From Planctomycetaceae bacterium (lineage in GTDB: Bacteria; Planctomycetota; Planctomycetia; Pirellulales; Thermoguttaceae): a DNA stretch of 35,543 nucleotides. The stretch is taken from positions 1-35,543 of the forward strand of contig WRMR01000001.1 in NCBI GenBank assembly GCA_009776995.1, read 5' to 3'. Made by a program: the position numbers and the translations under genes. Positions 18,159 to 26,997 of the stretch are shown here, in pieces (the stretch's first letter is position 1; every line of letters begins with the position of its first letter). The notes beneath the pieces were generated by a model. That model saw nothing but the letters and a program-made list of their open reading frames with translations. It made no database searches and had not been told where the DNA came from.

Positions 18159-19073
18159 ATGATGACTGTGACACGACGACAATTCATGGCAACCGCTGCG
18201 GCGGTTGGAACTTTTGGTGCCGTTCCCGTTTGGGCTTCGGCGTCAAGCACTGATTTTACACTCTGGCAAATTCCGTTGCACCAGACGCAAACGCAGGGAA
18301 ATTCCTACGTGTTTCAAATGAACGACGGCAAAGTCGTCGTCATGGACGGCGGGGTTGCGCAGGAAGCCGGCTATCTGCGGGGTTTTCTGGGGGCATTGGG
18401 GAACGAGGTGGAAGCCTGGTTCATCTCCCATCCGCACAGTGACCATATCGGGGCCTGCAATGAAATTCTCAAGAATCCCGACGGCATTCAAATCAAAACC
18501 ATTTACCACTCTGAGTTCTCGAAAGACTTTTACGCCAAGGTCGAACCGGGCAGCCGGGAGTTGACCGAAGAGTTTTACGCGAATTTGAGAAAACCGGACT
18601 GGCAAGAAGCAGACTCCTCAGTTGTTGATGTGACCGAACCGGGCTTGACGGTAAAAATCGGTCAAACACATTTCAAAATTCTCGACGTGAAGGATGAAAG
18701 CGTCACGAATAACGCCTACAATAATTCCTGCATGGTCATTCGGGTTTGGGATGACGCGAGGTCCGTCGTTTTCCTTGGTGACGCCGGTGTCGAACAGGGG
18801 GACCGGCTTCTGAACGGCCCGTTCCGCAAGGAACTCGACTGCGATTTTCTCCAACTGGCGCATCACGGCCAAAGGGGGGTTCGCAAGGAGTTTTATCGTG
18901 CCATCAAGTTCAACGCCTGTCTCTGGCCGACGCCCCTTTGGCTTTACAATAACGACGCCGGAAAGGGGTTTAACACACATACCTGGGAGACTGTGGAAAT
19001 TCGCAACCTGATGGATGAACTCGGCATTGAAAAGCATTTCATCGGATGGCAGGGACTTGGGGTCGTCCGATGA
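18159..19073 (+). CDS. Tat-exported MBL-fold metallo-hydrolase
   Basis: Twin-arginine signal TRRQFMATAAAVGTFGAVPVWASA and the HxHxDH motif in WFISHPHSDHIGA. A TTGAAC-N17-TATAAC promoter-like site lies at 18077-18105 upstream. Confidence 0.8.
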   Translation: MMTVTRRQFMATAAAVGTFGAVPVWASASSTDFTLWQIPLHQTQTQGNSYVFQMNDGKVVVMDGGVAQEAGYLRGFLGALGNEVEAWFISHPHSDHIGACNEILKNPDGIQIKTIYHSEFSKDFYAKVEPGSRELTEEFYANLRKPDWQEADSSVVDVTEPGLTVKIGQTHFKILDVKDESVTNNAYNNSCMVIRVWDDARSVVFLGDAGVEQGDRLLNGPFRKELDCDFLQLAHHGQRGVRKEFYRAIKFNACLWPTPLWLYNNDAGKGFNTHTWETVEIRNLMDELGIEKHFIGWQGLGVVR

Positions 19074-19384
19074 ATCATTGGATTGATTGCGTAACAGTGC
19101 CGCAATCGTAAGATTACACAAATGGTACGCGTTCATGGTTTTTTTCTCAACATCTGGCACGAAGAAAATGATCGGAAAGAATTTTCTCGCAGAAATCGCT
19201 GAGGACGCAGAGAATTTTTTCCTGCGTCCAAGACGTTGGGGTTAAACACCTTTGCGGCCTCTGCGCCCTTTGGGAGAAAAAATCCTTCATGCCTTCATAG
19301 TGAATACTTCGTGAATGGTTATCGCAAATGCACTCCGGTGGAGCGTAACCGCTTCCATGCTCAAAGGAAGGCACAGATTTTCAA

Positions 19385-19660
19385 ATGATGCAACTCATTT
19401 CCGAAGGCAAACTGTATTGGTGGCTCCCTCTGGTGTATCTCGCAATTGGTTTGGCTGTCGGAATCCTCGTTGCGAATTACTTGTTCCGGGATGTGTCCTG
19501 GTACCATCTGATAACGAGCAAGTCCCTCGTAAGCTGGACAGCAAAAGGCGAAATGCGACACAACGCGTTTGAACGGTATTTGGAAACCATCGTCTTGCCG
19601 ACCCTCATCGTTTGGGTGGTTTTGATTTATTGCACCATCCGTTACGTGAGAGGTTTTTAA
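19385..19660 (+). CDS. Hypothetical small membrane protein
   Basis: 91 aa with two hydrophobic segments (WWLPLVYLAIGLAVGILVANYLF and IVLPTLIVWVVLIYCTI). Weak RBS and no family recognised. Confidence 0.35.
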   Translation: MMQLISEGKLYWWLPLVYLAIGLAVGILVANYLFRDVSWYHLITSKSLVSWTAKGEMRHNAFERYLETIVLPTLIVWVVLIYCTIRYVRGF

Positions 19661-19799
19661 CAGGTTTTCGCGGGATGTGGGAAACCACTTGCGCTGGGAT
19701 ACCTTGCGTGAAAAAGTGAAAACCCTCTTGTGTCCGACCCGCCAAACAGGTACAATGCAATGATTCCTGAAGCATTTGAATCTTTCTTTGAGTGCCTGC

Positions 19800-22355
19800 A
19801 TGATGAAACTCGAACAGTATATTGCCCTGCATTTGGCCTTCATCGTTTGTCTCAGTTCGTACATGCTGGGCATGGGACAGGGTGATGTTGTCCTGCCGAT
19901 ACTCACACTCATTGCGGCAAGTGTCAGTCTCTGGGTCACGGACTTTCAGAAGTGGTTTTTCATTGGTCCCATCCTCAGCAATGTCCTCATCCTGGTCATA
20001 TTACTTGCCTCGGTCGGATACCTGATTCAGGCGTTCGACGCAACGTTCGGCGGCAGCCTCTTTTCCATTGCCATTCTCCGGGTACTCGTATTTTTCCAAT
20101 GGGTTCTCCTGTTCCGCAAGAAGGAGAACCGCGTCTGTTGGAACATCATGTCGGTTTCGTTTCTCGAAGTGATCGTTGCAACGGTGTTCCAGCAGACGGC
20201 TGTTTTCGGCCTGTTTGTCGTGCTGTATCTGTTTGCCGGCCTGACCGTCGTAACGTTGATGCACTTGAACCGCGACCGAATCCATTTCACGCAACACATT
20301 TTCCTGCGTTCCCTGTTTCGGGTGAAGTGGAAAGAGAAGGTTTCGTCAGGGAAAACATCCCCTGTCCGGGAAACCCCGTCACGCTGGCCTTTGGCCAATG
20401 AAAAAGCGTCATTTTCCGGCAGCGCGGCCAACCTTGGCGGCATGATCGGCATTGGCCGCGAATTTTACTATCGGCTGGTCGTTACGACGATTGCTTCGCT
20501 GGTTGTCGGCCTGTTGATTTTCTTTCTGACGCCACGGCAGGATTTCCGCATCTCTTCGCTCGAAATGCAGCGGGAAAACTGGCGCAGCCCGGCGGCCGCC
20601 GGCTTTCTGAATGCCGTGGGGTTCGCGCAGGAAATCCGGCTCGGCTCGCTCGGAACGGTTCTCGACAATCCCACAGAGATTATGAATGTGACGTTCTCGC
20701 AGCTTGAGGATGACGCACCGCCGGAAGCATCGGGGGAAACCGAGTACACGGCCATCAGCAACCGTTCGGTCTATTTTCGCGGGCTGGCATTGCAAAACTA
20801 CGCACGGGGCCGCTGGAGCAGCGACGATTTGCGGCACTATCCCAATCAAGTTGTACGTGGGCCGTTGGGAAGCAATCCGTCGCCCGGCATTCCCATGTTC
20901 CAGGATTCCGTGGATTTTCCGATTGACAGCGTGGTTGTCACGTCTCAGCTTCCGGCTGCAGTTCCTCTTCCGCAAGAGCGGGCCGAATTGCGATTTCAGC
21001 CCGGCACACAGCTTGTTTATGTCCAATGCGATTACCTTGCCGAAGCCCAGGAAACTTTTTTTGCGGTCTGGCCGTATTTCTTTTTGAACACTCGGGCAGG
21101 CGGGAGGGTGAGTTTCGTTCAGGATCGCATCGTCCGTCCGCAAACATACAATTCCCGAAGGAATCCCGCGTTTCGTTTTTTGACCTATTCGTTCCGTCAC
21201 GGAGATCAGCTTGACTTGATCCCGTGTCAGGAGCCGGTCGATCTGCACTCGCTCCTCGCGTTCGATGACGCGGCACTGCCCACCGTCGCTCAGACGGCGC
21301 AGCAATGGGATATTTCAACACGCGACAGGGGATTGATCGAACGGGCAAAAAATCTGGAAAACCGTCTTATGTCCGACGAGCGTTTTTATTACGCGTTGGG
21401 GGGAATTGCCCGCAGTGCAACACTCGACCCGCTGGAAGATTTTGTGCGTGATCATCCCGGCGGTCACTGCGAGTATTTTGCCGGCGCGTTGGCCATGATG
21501 TTGCGTAAGATCGGCATTCCGGTACGCGTGATTGTCGGTTATCGCCTTGATACCGACGCAGGAAATCAGGTCAAGGGGCGTTATGTGGTGCGGGAGTCGG
21601 ACGCGCACTCTTGGGTCGAGGCATATATTCCGCCGCACGAAATTCCCGAATCGCTCCGCAACGGCCCTCATGCCGACTGGTGGGGACGCGGCGGCTGGTT
21701 GCGGCTCGACCCGACCGCCCCCTTGCGCGACGTCATGGCGCAAACCGGTTTCTGGGCGTCCCTGAAATACCGCGCAACGAGCTTCTGGAACGATTACGTC
21801 ATCAATTTTAACGCCGCCCGCCAGGAAGGGGCGATTTATTTGCCCGTCGCCGATTTCTTCACGTCGATGAAAGCACGCTTTTTCGACGCACAATACTGGA
21901 AAACCATCGGTCGTGCCGTCCAACACCGTTATGTCGAAATTTTCCGGTCCTTGCGTCAGGGAAACTGGCAGGGGAACGACTTGGTGCTGCTCGGCATTCC
22001 CATTGTTCTCGTTGTGGCCATTGGCTACGTCGTTTACCGGGTGGTACGGCGTGTGATTCGCGAAGTCCATGGCCGCAGACTGATCCGCGAACAACGCCAG
22101 CGACTCGTGACAGTCGAATTTTACCGGCGGTTTGAACGCATCATGCAAAAGCTCAACCTCACTCGCGTATCCACCGAAACCCAGCGCGAGTTCGCCCGTC
22201 GCTGCGTCCCGGAATTTGTGCCGATGGCCGATCTGCCCGTGCATGTGGCGGAAACGTTTTACCGCGTCCGTTACGGCAACATAACACTGACGCCAGGCGA
22301 AGCCGACGAAATTCATGCCATTTTGACGCGGCTTGAAACTGTGGTTCCTGTCTGA
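19800..22355 (+). CDS. Transglutaminase-like (TgpA-type) multi-pass membrane protein
   Basis: The N-terminal TM bundle is DUF3488-like. The Cys-His-Asp core is GGHCEYFAGALAMMLRKIGIPVRVIVGY, ESDAHSWVEAYI and WLRLDPT. There is a C-terminal TM helix. The start could be TTG 19776 or ATG 19800/19803. Confidence 0.85.
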   Translation: MMKLEQYIALHLAFIVCLSSYMLGMGQGDVVLPILTLIAASVSLWVTDFQKWFFIGPILSNVLILVILLASVGYLIQAFDATFGGSLFSIAILRVLVFFQWVLLFRKKENRVCWNIMSVSFLEVIVATVFQQTAVFGLFVVLYLFAGLTVVTLMHLNRDRIHFTQHIFLRSLFRVKWKEKVSSGKTSPVRETPSRWPLANEKASFSGSAANLGGMIGIGREFYYRLVVTTIASLVVGLLIFFLTPRQDFRISSLEMQRENWRSPAAAGFLNAVGFAQEIRLGSLGTVLDNPTEIMNVTFSQLEDDAPPEASGETEYTAISNRSVYFRGLALQNYARGRWSSDDLRHYPNQVVRGPLGSNPSPGIPMFQDSVDFPIDSVVVTSQLPAAVPLPQERAELRFQPGTQLVYVQCDYLAEAQETFFAVWPYFFLNTRAGGRVSFVQDRIVRPQTYNSRRNPAFRFLTYSFRHGDQLDLIPCQEPVDLHSLLAFDDAALPTVAQTAQQWDISTRDRGLIERAKNLENRLMSDERFYYALGGIARSATLDPLEDFVRDHPGGHCEYFAGALAMMLRKIGIPVRVIVGYRLDTDAGNQVKGRYVVRESDAHSWVEAYIPPHEIPESLRNGPHADWWGRGGWLRLDPTAPLRDVMAQTGFWASLKYRATSFWNDYVINFNAARQEGAIYLPVADFFTSMKARFFDAQYWKTIGRAVQHRYVEIFRSLRQGNWQGNDLVLLGIPIVLVVAIGYVVYRVVRRVIREVHGRRLIREQRQRLVTVEFYRRFERIMQKLNLTRVSTETQREFARRCVPEFVPMADLPVHVAETFYRVRYGNITLTPGEADEIHAILTRLETVVPV

Positions 22356-22493
22356 ATTAGAGAGTTTGAACAGGGTATTTTCAAGATTGAGAAGATGAAC
22401 GTGGTTGTTTTTCTTGAAAAGCGTGAAGATTCCGGTACAATTACACCCAGGTGCGGTGTGATCATGACATCATAAAAATTCGTGGTTTTGACA

Positions 22494-23138
22494 ATGCTGT
22501 TTGCCCAGAAAATTCCGTTTGACATCTCGTCGATGACCGGCACGGTGGGAAATCTTACTTACCTTGCTTTGGCCGCCATTGCCCTTTGGGGGTCCTATTG
22601 CGTACTCATCGCCTGGCGGCGGATCGGCCAGTTGAATTTCAAGCGGGAGTCGCAACAATACGATTTTCTCGCCGCGATGCACCAATGTTACCTCGCAGGC
22701 GACATGGAAGCCATCCGAAACGAGTGCCAGGGCGACAAACGCGCCGTCCCGCAATTGGTTCTCATCGCGCTGAAAAACATGTCGTTGCCTGCGACCAAAC
22801 TGCACGACCTGCTCATTGAGCGGTTCCAGCGTGACGTGCTGGTCGAAATCGATTATCGTACCACCTGGGTGCATACGGTCATCAAATCGGCCCCGATGCT
22901 CGGACTGTTCGGCACGGTTCTCGGCATGATGGGGGCTTTCAGCAAGCTGGGCGCACAAACCCGGGTCGAGCCGACAATGCTTGCGTCGGACATTATGCTC
23001 GCGCTGATTACGACCGCGATTGGCCTGACCATTGCCGTCCCGTTGATTTTCGCCACAGCAAGTCTCAGCATCCGCACGGCCAAACTCGAAGATTACGTCA
23101 GTTCGGCCATTCTCAATATCGTGGAATGGAAAAAATAG
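22494..23138 (+). CDS. MotA/TolQ/ExbB-family proton-channel protein with no ExbD/TolR/MotB partner in the window
   Basis: Three-TM layout. Family motif IKSAPMLGLFGTVLGMMGAF ... ASDIMLALITTAIGLTIAVPLIFA. The ORF opens at GTG 22482, with an in-frame ATG at 22494. Confidence 0.8.
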   Translation: MLFAQKIPFDISSMTGTVGNLTYLALAAIALWGSYCVLIAWRRIGQLNFKRESQQYDFLAAMHQCYLAGDMEAIRNECQGDKRAVPQLVLIALKNMSLPATKLHDLLIERFQRDVLVEIDYRTTWVHTVIKSAPMLGLFGTVLGMMGAFSKLGAQTRVEPTMLASDIMLALITTAIGLTIAVPLIFATASLSIRTAKLEDYVSSAILNIVEWKK

Positions 23139-23548
23139 GGTTTTCGCCCGAAATTCCGCGTTGGAATAAGTGTCAAGCCGTTGCTTCTGTGCCTGTAGTC
23201 TGGAATCGGGAAATCCAGCAATTTTTAATTTTTGAGACTGTAGTATGAAAATGGTTGTTTTGTAAGTTATTTACACAGAGTACATTACGACGATTATCGT
23301 CCATTATATTGCTACTTTGACTGTATAATCAACTTGTCAAGATATATGAAACGTAAAGTCGTGGCCGGAAAATATGTGAACCGTTGAACAATTTGGGGAA
23401 AACAGGAGGTTTAGGTAAATGAAAAAATTCCCTATTTCACCATGCTTTCTCTGCAATTTCGGCGAGCATTCAACAAGGCAGTGCTGACAGGCATTGTCGC
23501 AACGGTATGTAAGCATGACGCCGCCTGAATGCAGATGAGGCATGGTGA

Positions 23549-26515
23549 ATGATTCATTCCGCAATTGTTTCATGGCCTGAATTCTACCACACACCAATTT
23601 TTTCGGCAACAATCCGATGGCTTGCCACTTTTAACCCGTTTCCAAAATGTTACAATCATTCTGATCGTCCAAATGATTTCTCCTGTTCGCTTTTCCGATG
23701 GATCACCATGCTTGCGTCGTTTTCGATTGCCGTTTGTATTTCGCCGATGGGGCATCCCTATCTGGACAGTGTGAACAACGGTGACGTCGCTACTTCAGGA
23801 AATGTCGAAAGCAAGTTCACGTCACCACTGGAAAACCGGCTTATGGCCGCGTTTTCTTCGGATTTGCAGTATGCCAAAGGTTTGCTGCATCTGGCAACGG
23901 TCGAGTTGCAAACGTTGTTGCCGCCGGATTTTGATTTCTTGCGGTCGTTTGCGAAAAGTTACATGACGCGGTTGTGTCACCTGCCGGAAATGGCCGGGGC
24001 AGGCACCAACGGCAATACGGCGCAAGTGGTGCAAAAAATTTCGCCGCTTGAACCGCCGTCGCTTGCCGAATTTGAGTTTTTTCTCGCCGGGATGCCGCCC
24101 ATGTTTGGGGCGGAGTATCTCACGTCGGAAGTACTCGGCCAGTGGTGGCGGGAACTCGACCGCCATGTCCGGGAAAAAATCGCAAAACACCAGAATTGTT
24201 GCGCTGGTGGCACTAACGGTGCCGCCGATTGGATTCGACAGCAAAACCCGCTGTGGCGAACCGTTGGCAGGGTTACGTTTCATCTGGCGGAAAACAAACG
24301 GGACGAGCAACGCCCCTTTGCGTTCATGGCGACTTACACCGACAAGGTATCGACCAACGCCAAGCCCGTGCAATTGCCGCTTGCCAAAGCACTCAACGAA
24401 TACGTGTCGGCCAAAGATCGCGACGCCCTGTTGCGACTGTTGCAACCGATCACCGTCGCTGCGGAAAAGTGCGACTGGGTGCAAAACATGGTAAGCGACC
24501 AGACGATATACCAGCCGCGAGCCTGGTCGGTCAGGCAGGCATACCAGTTACTTCAGGACATTCCGGTGCTCGAAGAGGCGGGACTCATCGTGCGTGTGCC
24601 CGACTGGTGGCACAAAAGCCAACCGTCGCGGCCCAGGGTCAAAGTCAGCCTCGGGGCGGGAAGCGGGGCGAAAACGCTGACCGCCGATTCGCTCTTGAAT
24701 TTCCGCATAGAAACCGTTTACAATGATGAAACGTTGACGCCGGAAGAACTTGCCGAACTGCTTGCCGCCGATGCGCAGCTTGTCCGGCTTCGCGGCGAGT
24801 GGGTCGAAATCGACCGTGAGCAACTCAAGGCGACGCTTGACCATTGGAAAAAAATCGACACGATGGTTCGCGAGGACGGCATTTCATTTTACGAAGGAAT
24901 GCGGCTGCTTTCGGGTTTGCCGGTGGACGGAAAATGGGACGCCGCTGAAAAAGAGACGATGTTCCGCAATTGGTCGGAAGTCGTGCCGACCTCACAATTC
25001 GCGGAGTTGCTTGCCGCCATGCGCAACCCGAATAAACTGGACAGGTCTGATATTGGCCTTGCAAAACTCAATGCCACATTGCGTCCGTATCAGGAAACCG
25101 GCGTTCGGTGGTTGCATTTTATGACGCAAATTGGACTGGGAACGTGCCTGGCCGATGACATGGGGCTTGGTAAAACGATCCAGGTCATCGCTCTGTTGCT
25201 CATGCAGCAACAAGAGGTGCGACTGCAAAAAGAGTCGCTTGCGACATCGCTGTTGATTGCCCCGGCATCGCTGCTGGCGAACTGGGAATCGGAAATCCGG
25301 CGGTTCGCCCCGTCGCTGAAAACGCATATCGCGCATGGGAGTGGTGCCGGAGCGGACGAGCCGGAGCATCTCGGCACCGTGCAACTCGTCATGACAACTT
25401 ACGGAATGCTCGACCGACTTGACTGGATCAAATCGAAAACGTGGCGCAACGTCATCATCGACGAAGCCCAGGCGATCAAAAACGCCGGGACGCGACAGTC
25501 GAAAGCGGTCAAAAGCGTTCGCGCGACCGGCCGCATTGCACTGACGGGCACGCCGGTTGAAAATCGCCTTTCGGACTTGTGGTCGCTCTTCGATTTTATC
25601 AATCCGGGACTGTTGGGAACAAGTGCCGCGTTCAACAAATTCACCAAATCGCCGGCCACGCAGCAAAACCGCGAGTCAACATACGCCCCGTTACGACGGC
25701 TGGTGCAACCCTACATTTTGCGGCGGCTCAAAACCGACAAGACGATCATCTCCGACCTGCCCGACAAGACGGAAGTGACGGCGTGGTGCAGTCTCTCAAA
25801 AGATCAGGTGAAACTGTACGCCCAATCGGTGAAGCAGCTTGCCGGCGACTTGAAAGCCAACGAGGAAGGCATCAAGCGTCGCGGTGTTATTCTTTCGTAC
25901 CTGATGCGCTTCAAGCAGATTTGCAATCACCCGGCACAGTGGTCGGGGGACGGCGATTATGCCCCGGCGAAAAGCGGCAAGTTCGAGCGATTGCGTGAGA
26001 TTTGTGAAGAGATTGCCTCGCGTCAGGAAAAAGTGCTCGTGTTTACGCAGTTTCGTGAAATCACCGGAGCACTGTCGTATCACCTGCAAAACGTGTTCAA
26101 AAAGCCCGGCCTCATTCTCGACGGCAGTACGGCGATTGCGAAGCGGCGGCAGATGGTCGAGGCATTTCAAACGGAATCGGGGCCGCCGTTTTTTATTCTC
26201 TCGCTCAAGGCGGGCGGCACGGGCTTGAACCTGACGGCGGCTTCGCATGTCGTGCATTTTGACCGATGGTGGAACCCGGCGGTCGAAAATCAGGCGACCG
26301 ACCGCGCGTTCCGCATCGGCCAGAAGAAAAACGTGCTCGTGCATAAGTTCGTCTGTCGCGGTACGATTGAAGAGAAAATCGACGAACTGATCGAAAGCAA
26401 AAAAGCACTCGCCGGCGAAATCGTCGATGCCGGCGGCGAGTCGCTTGTCACCGAAATGAGCGACGCCCAACTCATGCAGATGGTTTCGCTCGATTTGGAA
26501 AAATGCCGGGGGTAA
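23549..26515 (+). CDS. SNF2/Swi2-family helicase (bacterial type that pairs with SWIM proteins)
   Basis: LRPYQETGVRWL, motif I LADDMGLGKTIQ, motif II IIDEAQAIKN, motif III LTGTPVENRLSDLWSLFDF, SLKAGGTGLNLTAASHVVHFDRWWNPAVENQATDRAFRIGQ. The true start is uncertain. The first roughly 55-100 codons are AT-rich and W/F/C/H-rich and look non-coding; in-frame ATGs lie at 23708, 23747 and 23843. Confidence 0.9.
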   Translation: MIHSAIVSWPEFYHTPIFSATIRWLATFNPFPKCYNHSDRPNDFSCSLFRWITMLASFSIAVCISPMGHPYLDSVNNGDVATSGNVESKFTSPLENRLMAAFSSDLQYAKGLLHLATVELQTLLPPDFDFLRSFAKSYMTRLCHLPEMAGAGTNGNTAQVVQKISPLEPPSLAEFEFFLAGMPPMFGAEYLTSEVLGQWWRELDRHVREKIAKHQNCCAGGTNGAADWIRQQNPLWRTVGRVTFHLAENKRDEQRPFAFMATYTDKVSTNAKPVQLPLAKALNEYVSAKDRDALLRLLQPITVAAEKCDWVQNMVSDQTIYQPRAWSVRQAYQLLQDIPVLEEAGLIVRVPDWWHKSQPSRPRVKVSLGAGSGAKTLTADSLLNFRIETVYNDETLTPEELAELLAADAQLVRLRGEWVEIDREQLKATLDHWKKIDTMVREDGISFYEGMRLLSGLPVDGKWDAAEKETMFRNWSEVVPTSQFAELLAAMRNPNKLDRSDIGLAKLNATLRPYQETGVRWLHFMTQIGLGTCLADDMGLGKTIQVIALLLMQQQEVRLQKESLATSLLIAPASLLANWESEIRRFAPSLKTHIAHGSGAGADEPEHLGTVQLVMTTYGMLDRLDWIKSKTWRNVIIDEAQAIKNAGTRQSKAVKSVRATGRIALTGTPVENRLSDLWSLFDFINPGLLGTSAAFNKFTKSPATQQNRESTYAPLRRLVQPYILRRLKTDKTIISDLPDKTEVTAWCSLSKDQVKLYAQSVKQLAGDLKANEEGIKRRGVILSYLMRFKQICNHPAQWSGDGDYAPAKSGKFERLREICEEIASRQEKVLVFTQFREITGALSYHLQNVFKKPGLILDGSTAIAKRRQMVEAFQTESGPPFFILSLKAGGTGLNLTAASHVVHFDRWWNPAVENQATDRAFRIGQKKNVLVHKFVCRGTIEEKIDELIESKKALAGEIVDAGGESLVTEMSDAQLMQMVSLDLEKCRG

Positions 26516-26647
26516 CAATCATTTTTTCACAAGGCACAGTGGCAAAAGATTGTTTTGTACCAATGATACACAATATCCTGACGGAATCATCCGCATGCAC
26601 GTTAAAACATGCCGTTTTTCGCCTAGAACACCGCGCTCGCGGGATAC

Positions 26648-26920
26648 TCGAATACCAAAAAAGACGATTCGAATACCCTCAGAGTGTACTCGAATACCCC
26701 GGGGGACTATTCGAATACCCCCGGAGAGTACTCGAATACCCCGGGGGACTATTCGAATACCCCCGGAGAGTACTCGAATACCCCGGGAGACTATTCGAAT
26801 ACCCCCGGAGAGTGCTCGAATACCAAAAAAGACGATTCGAATACCCTCAGAGAGTACTCGAATACCCCCGGAGAGTACTTGAATACCATCAATGTGAATT
26901 CGAGTACACCAAAAGTGCGC
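26648..26920. repeat. Tandem array of 13 units of exactly 21 bp, core TCGAATAC(C)
   Basis: Core starts are at 26648, 26669, 26690, 26711, 26732, 26753, 26774, 26795, 26816, 26837, 26858, 26879 and 26900, a constant 21-bp spacing. The last two units are degenerate. Confidence 0.95.
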
Positions 26921-26997
26921 CATTGACCGCCCTGACTGCGACACTGTGTTATCGTATTTTACAATCTCAATCACTCAAAAATGAAAGGAATCACATC

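Noticed and set aside
19147-19374. Minus-strand 75-aa ORF, and a GGACGCAG-N11-CTGCGTCC hairpin (19203-19229) with reiterated CTGCG motifs downstream of the MBL gene
   Set aside because: The ORF has no RBS or family features and overlaps a repeat-like, low-information spacer. The hairpin has a long loop and no T tract, so I could not support either a gene or a terminator call. It may be a REP-like sequence, which would need a genome-wide motif count.
23549-23707. The first roughly 55 codons of the SNF2 ORF as genuine coding sequence
   Set aside because: This stretch is AT-rich and W/F/C/H-rich with no helicase-family similarity, and it overlaps the divergent radical-SAM-like fragment. It is kept within the feature coordinates only because the true start (23708, 23747 or 23843) cannot be fixed from sequence alone.
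22494-26515. MotA-like channel next to an SNF2 helicase as a Zorya anti-phage system
   Set aside because: No ZorB (MotB/OmpA-like) or ZorC gene is present. The channel protein is about 215 aa (ExbB/TolQ size) and lacks the long ZorA C-terminal tail. The helicase has the SWIM-associated SNF2 architecture, not a ZorD-like one. The adjacency is kept only as a loose observation.
26648-26920. Whether the 21-bp tandem array is a CRISPR array
   Set aside because: The units are contiguous with no unique spacers, the period is only 21 bp, and no cas genes are nearby. It is a tandem repeat, not a CRISPR array.
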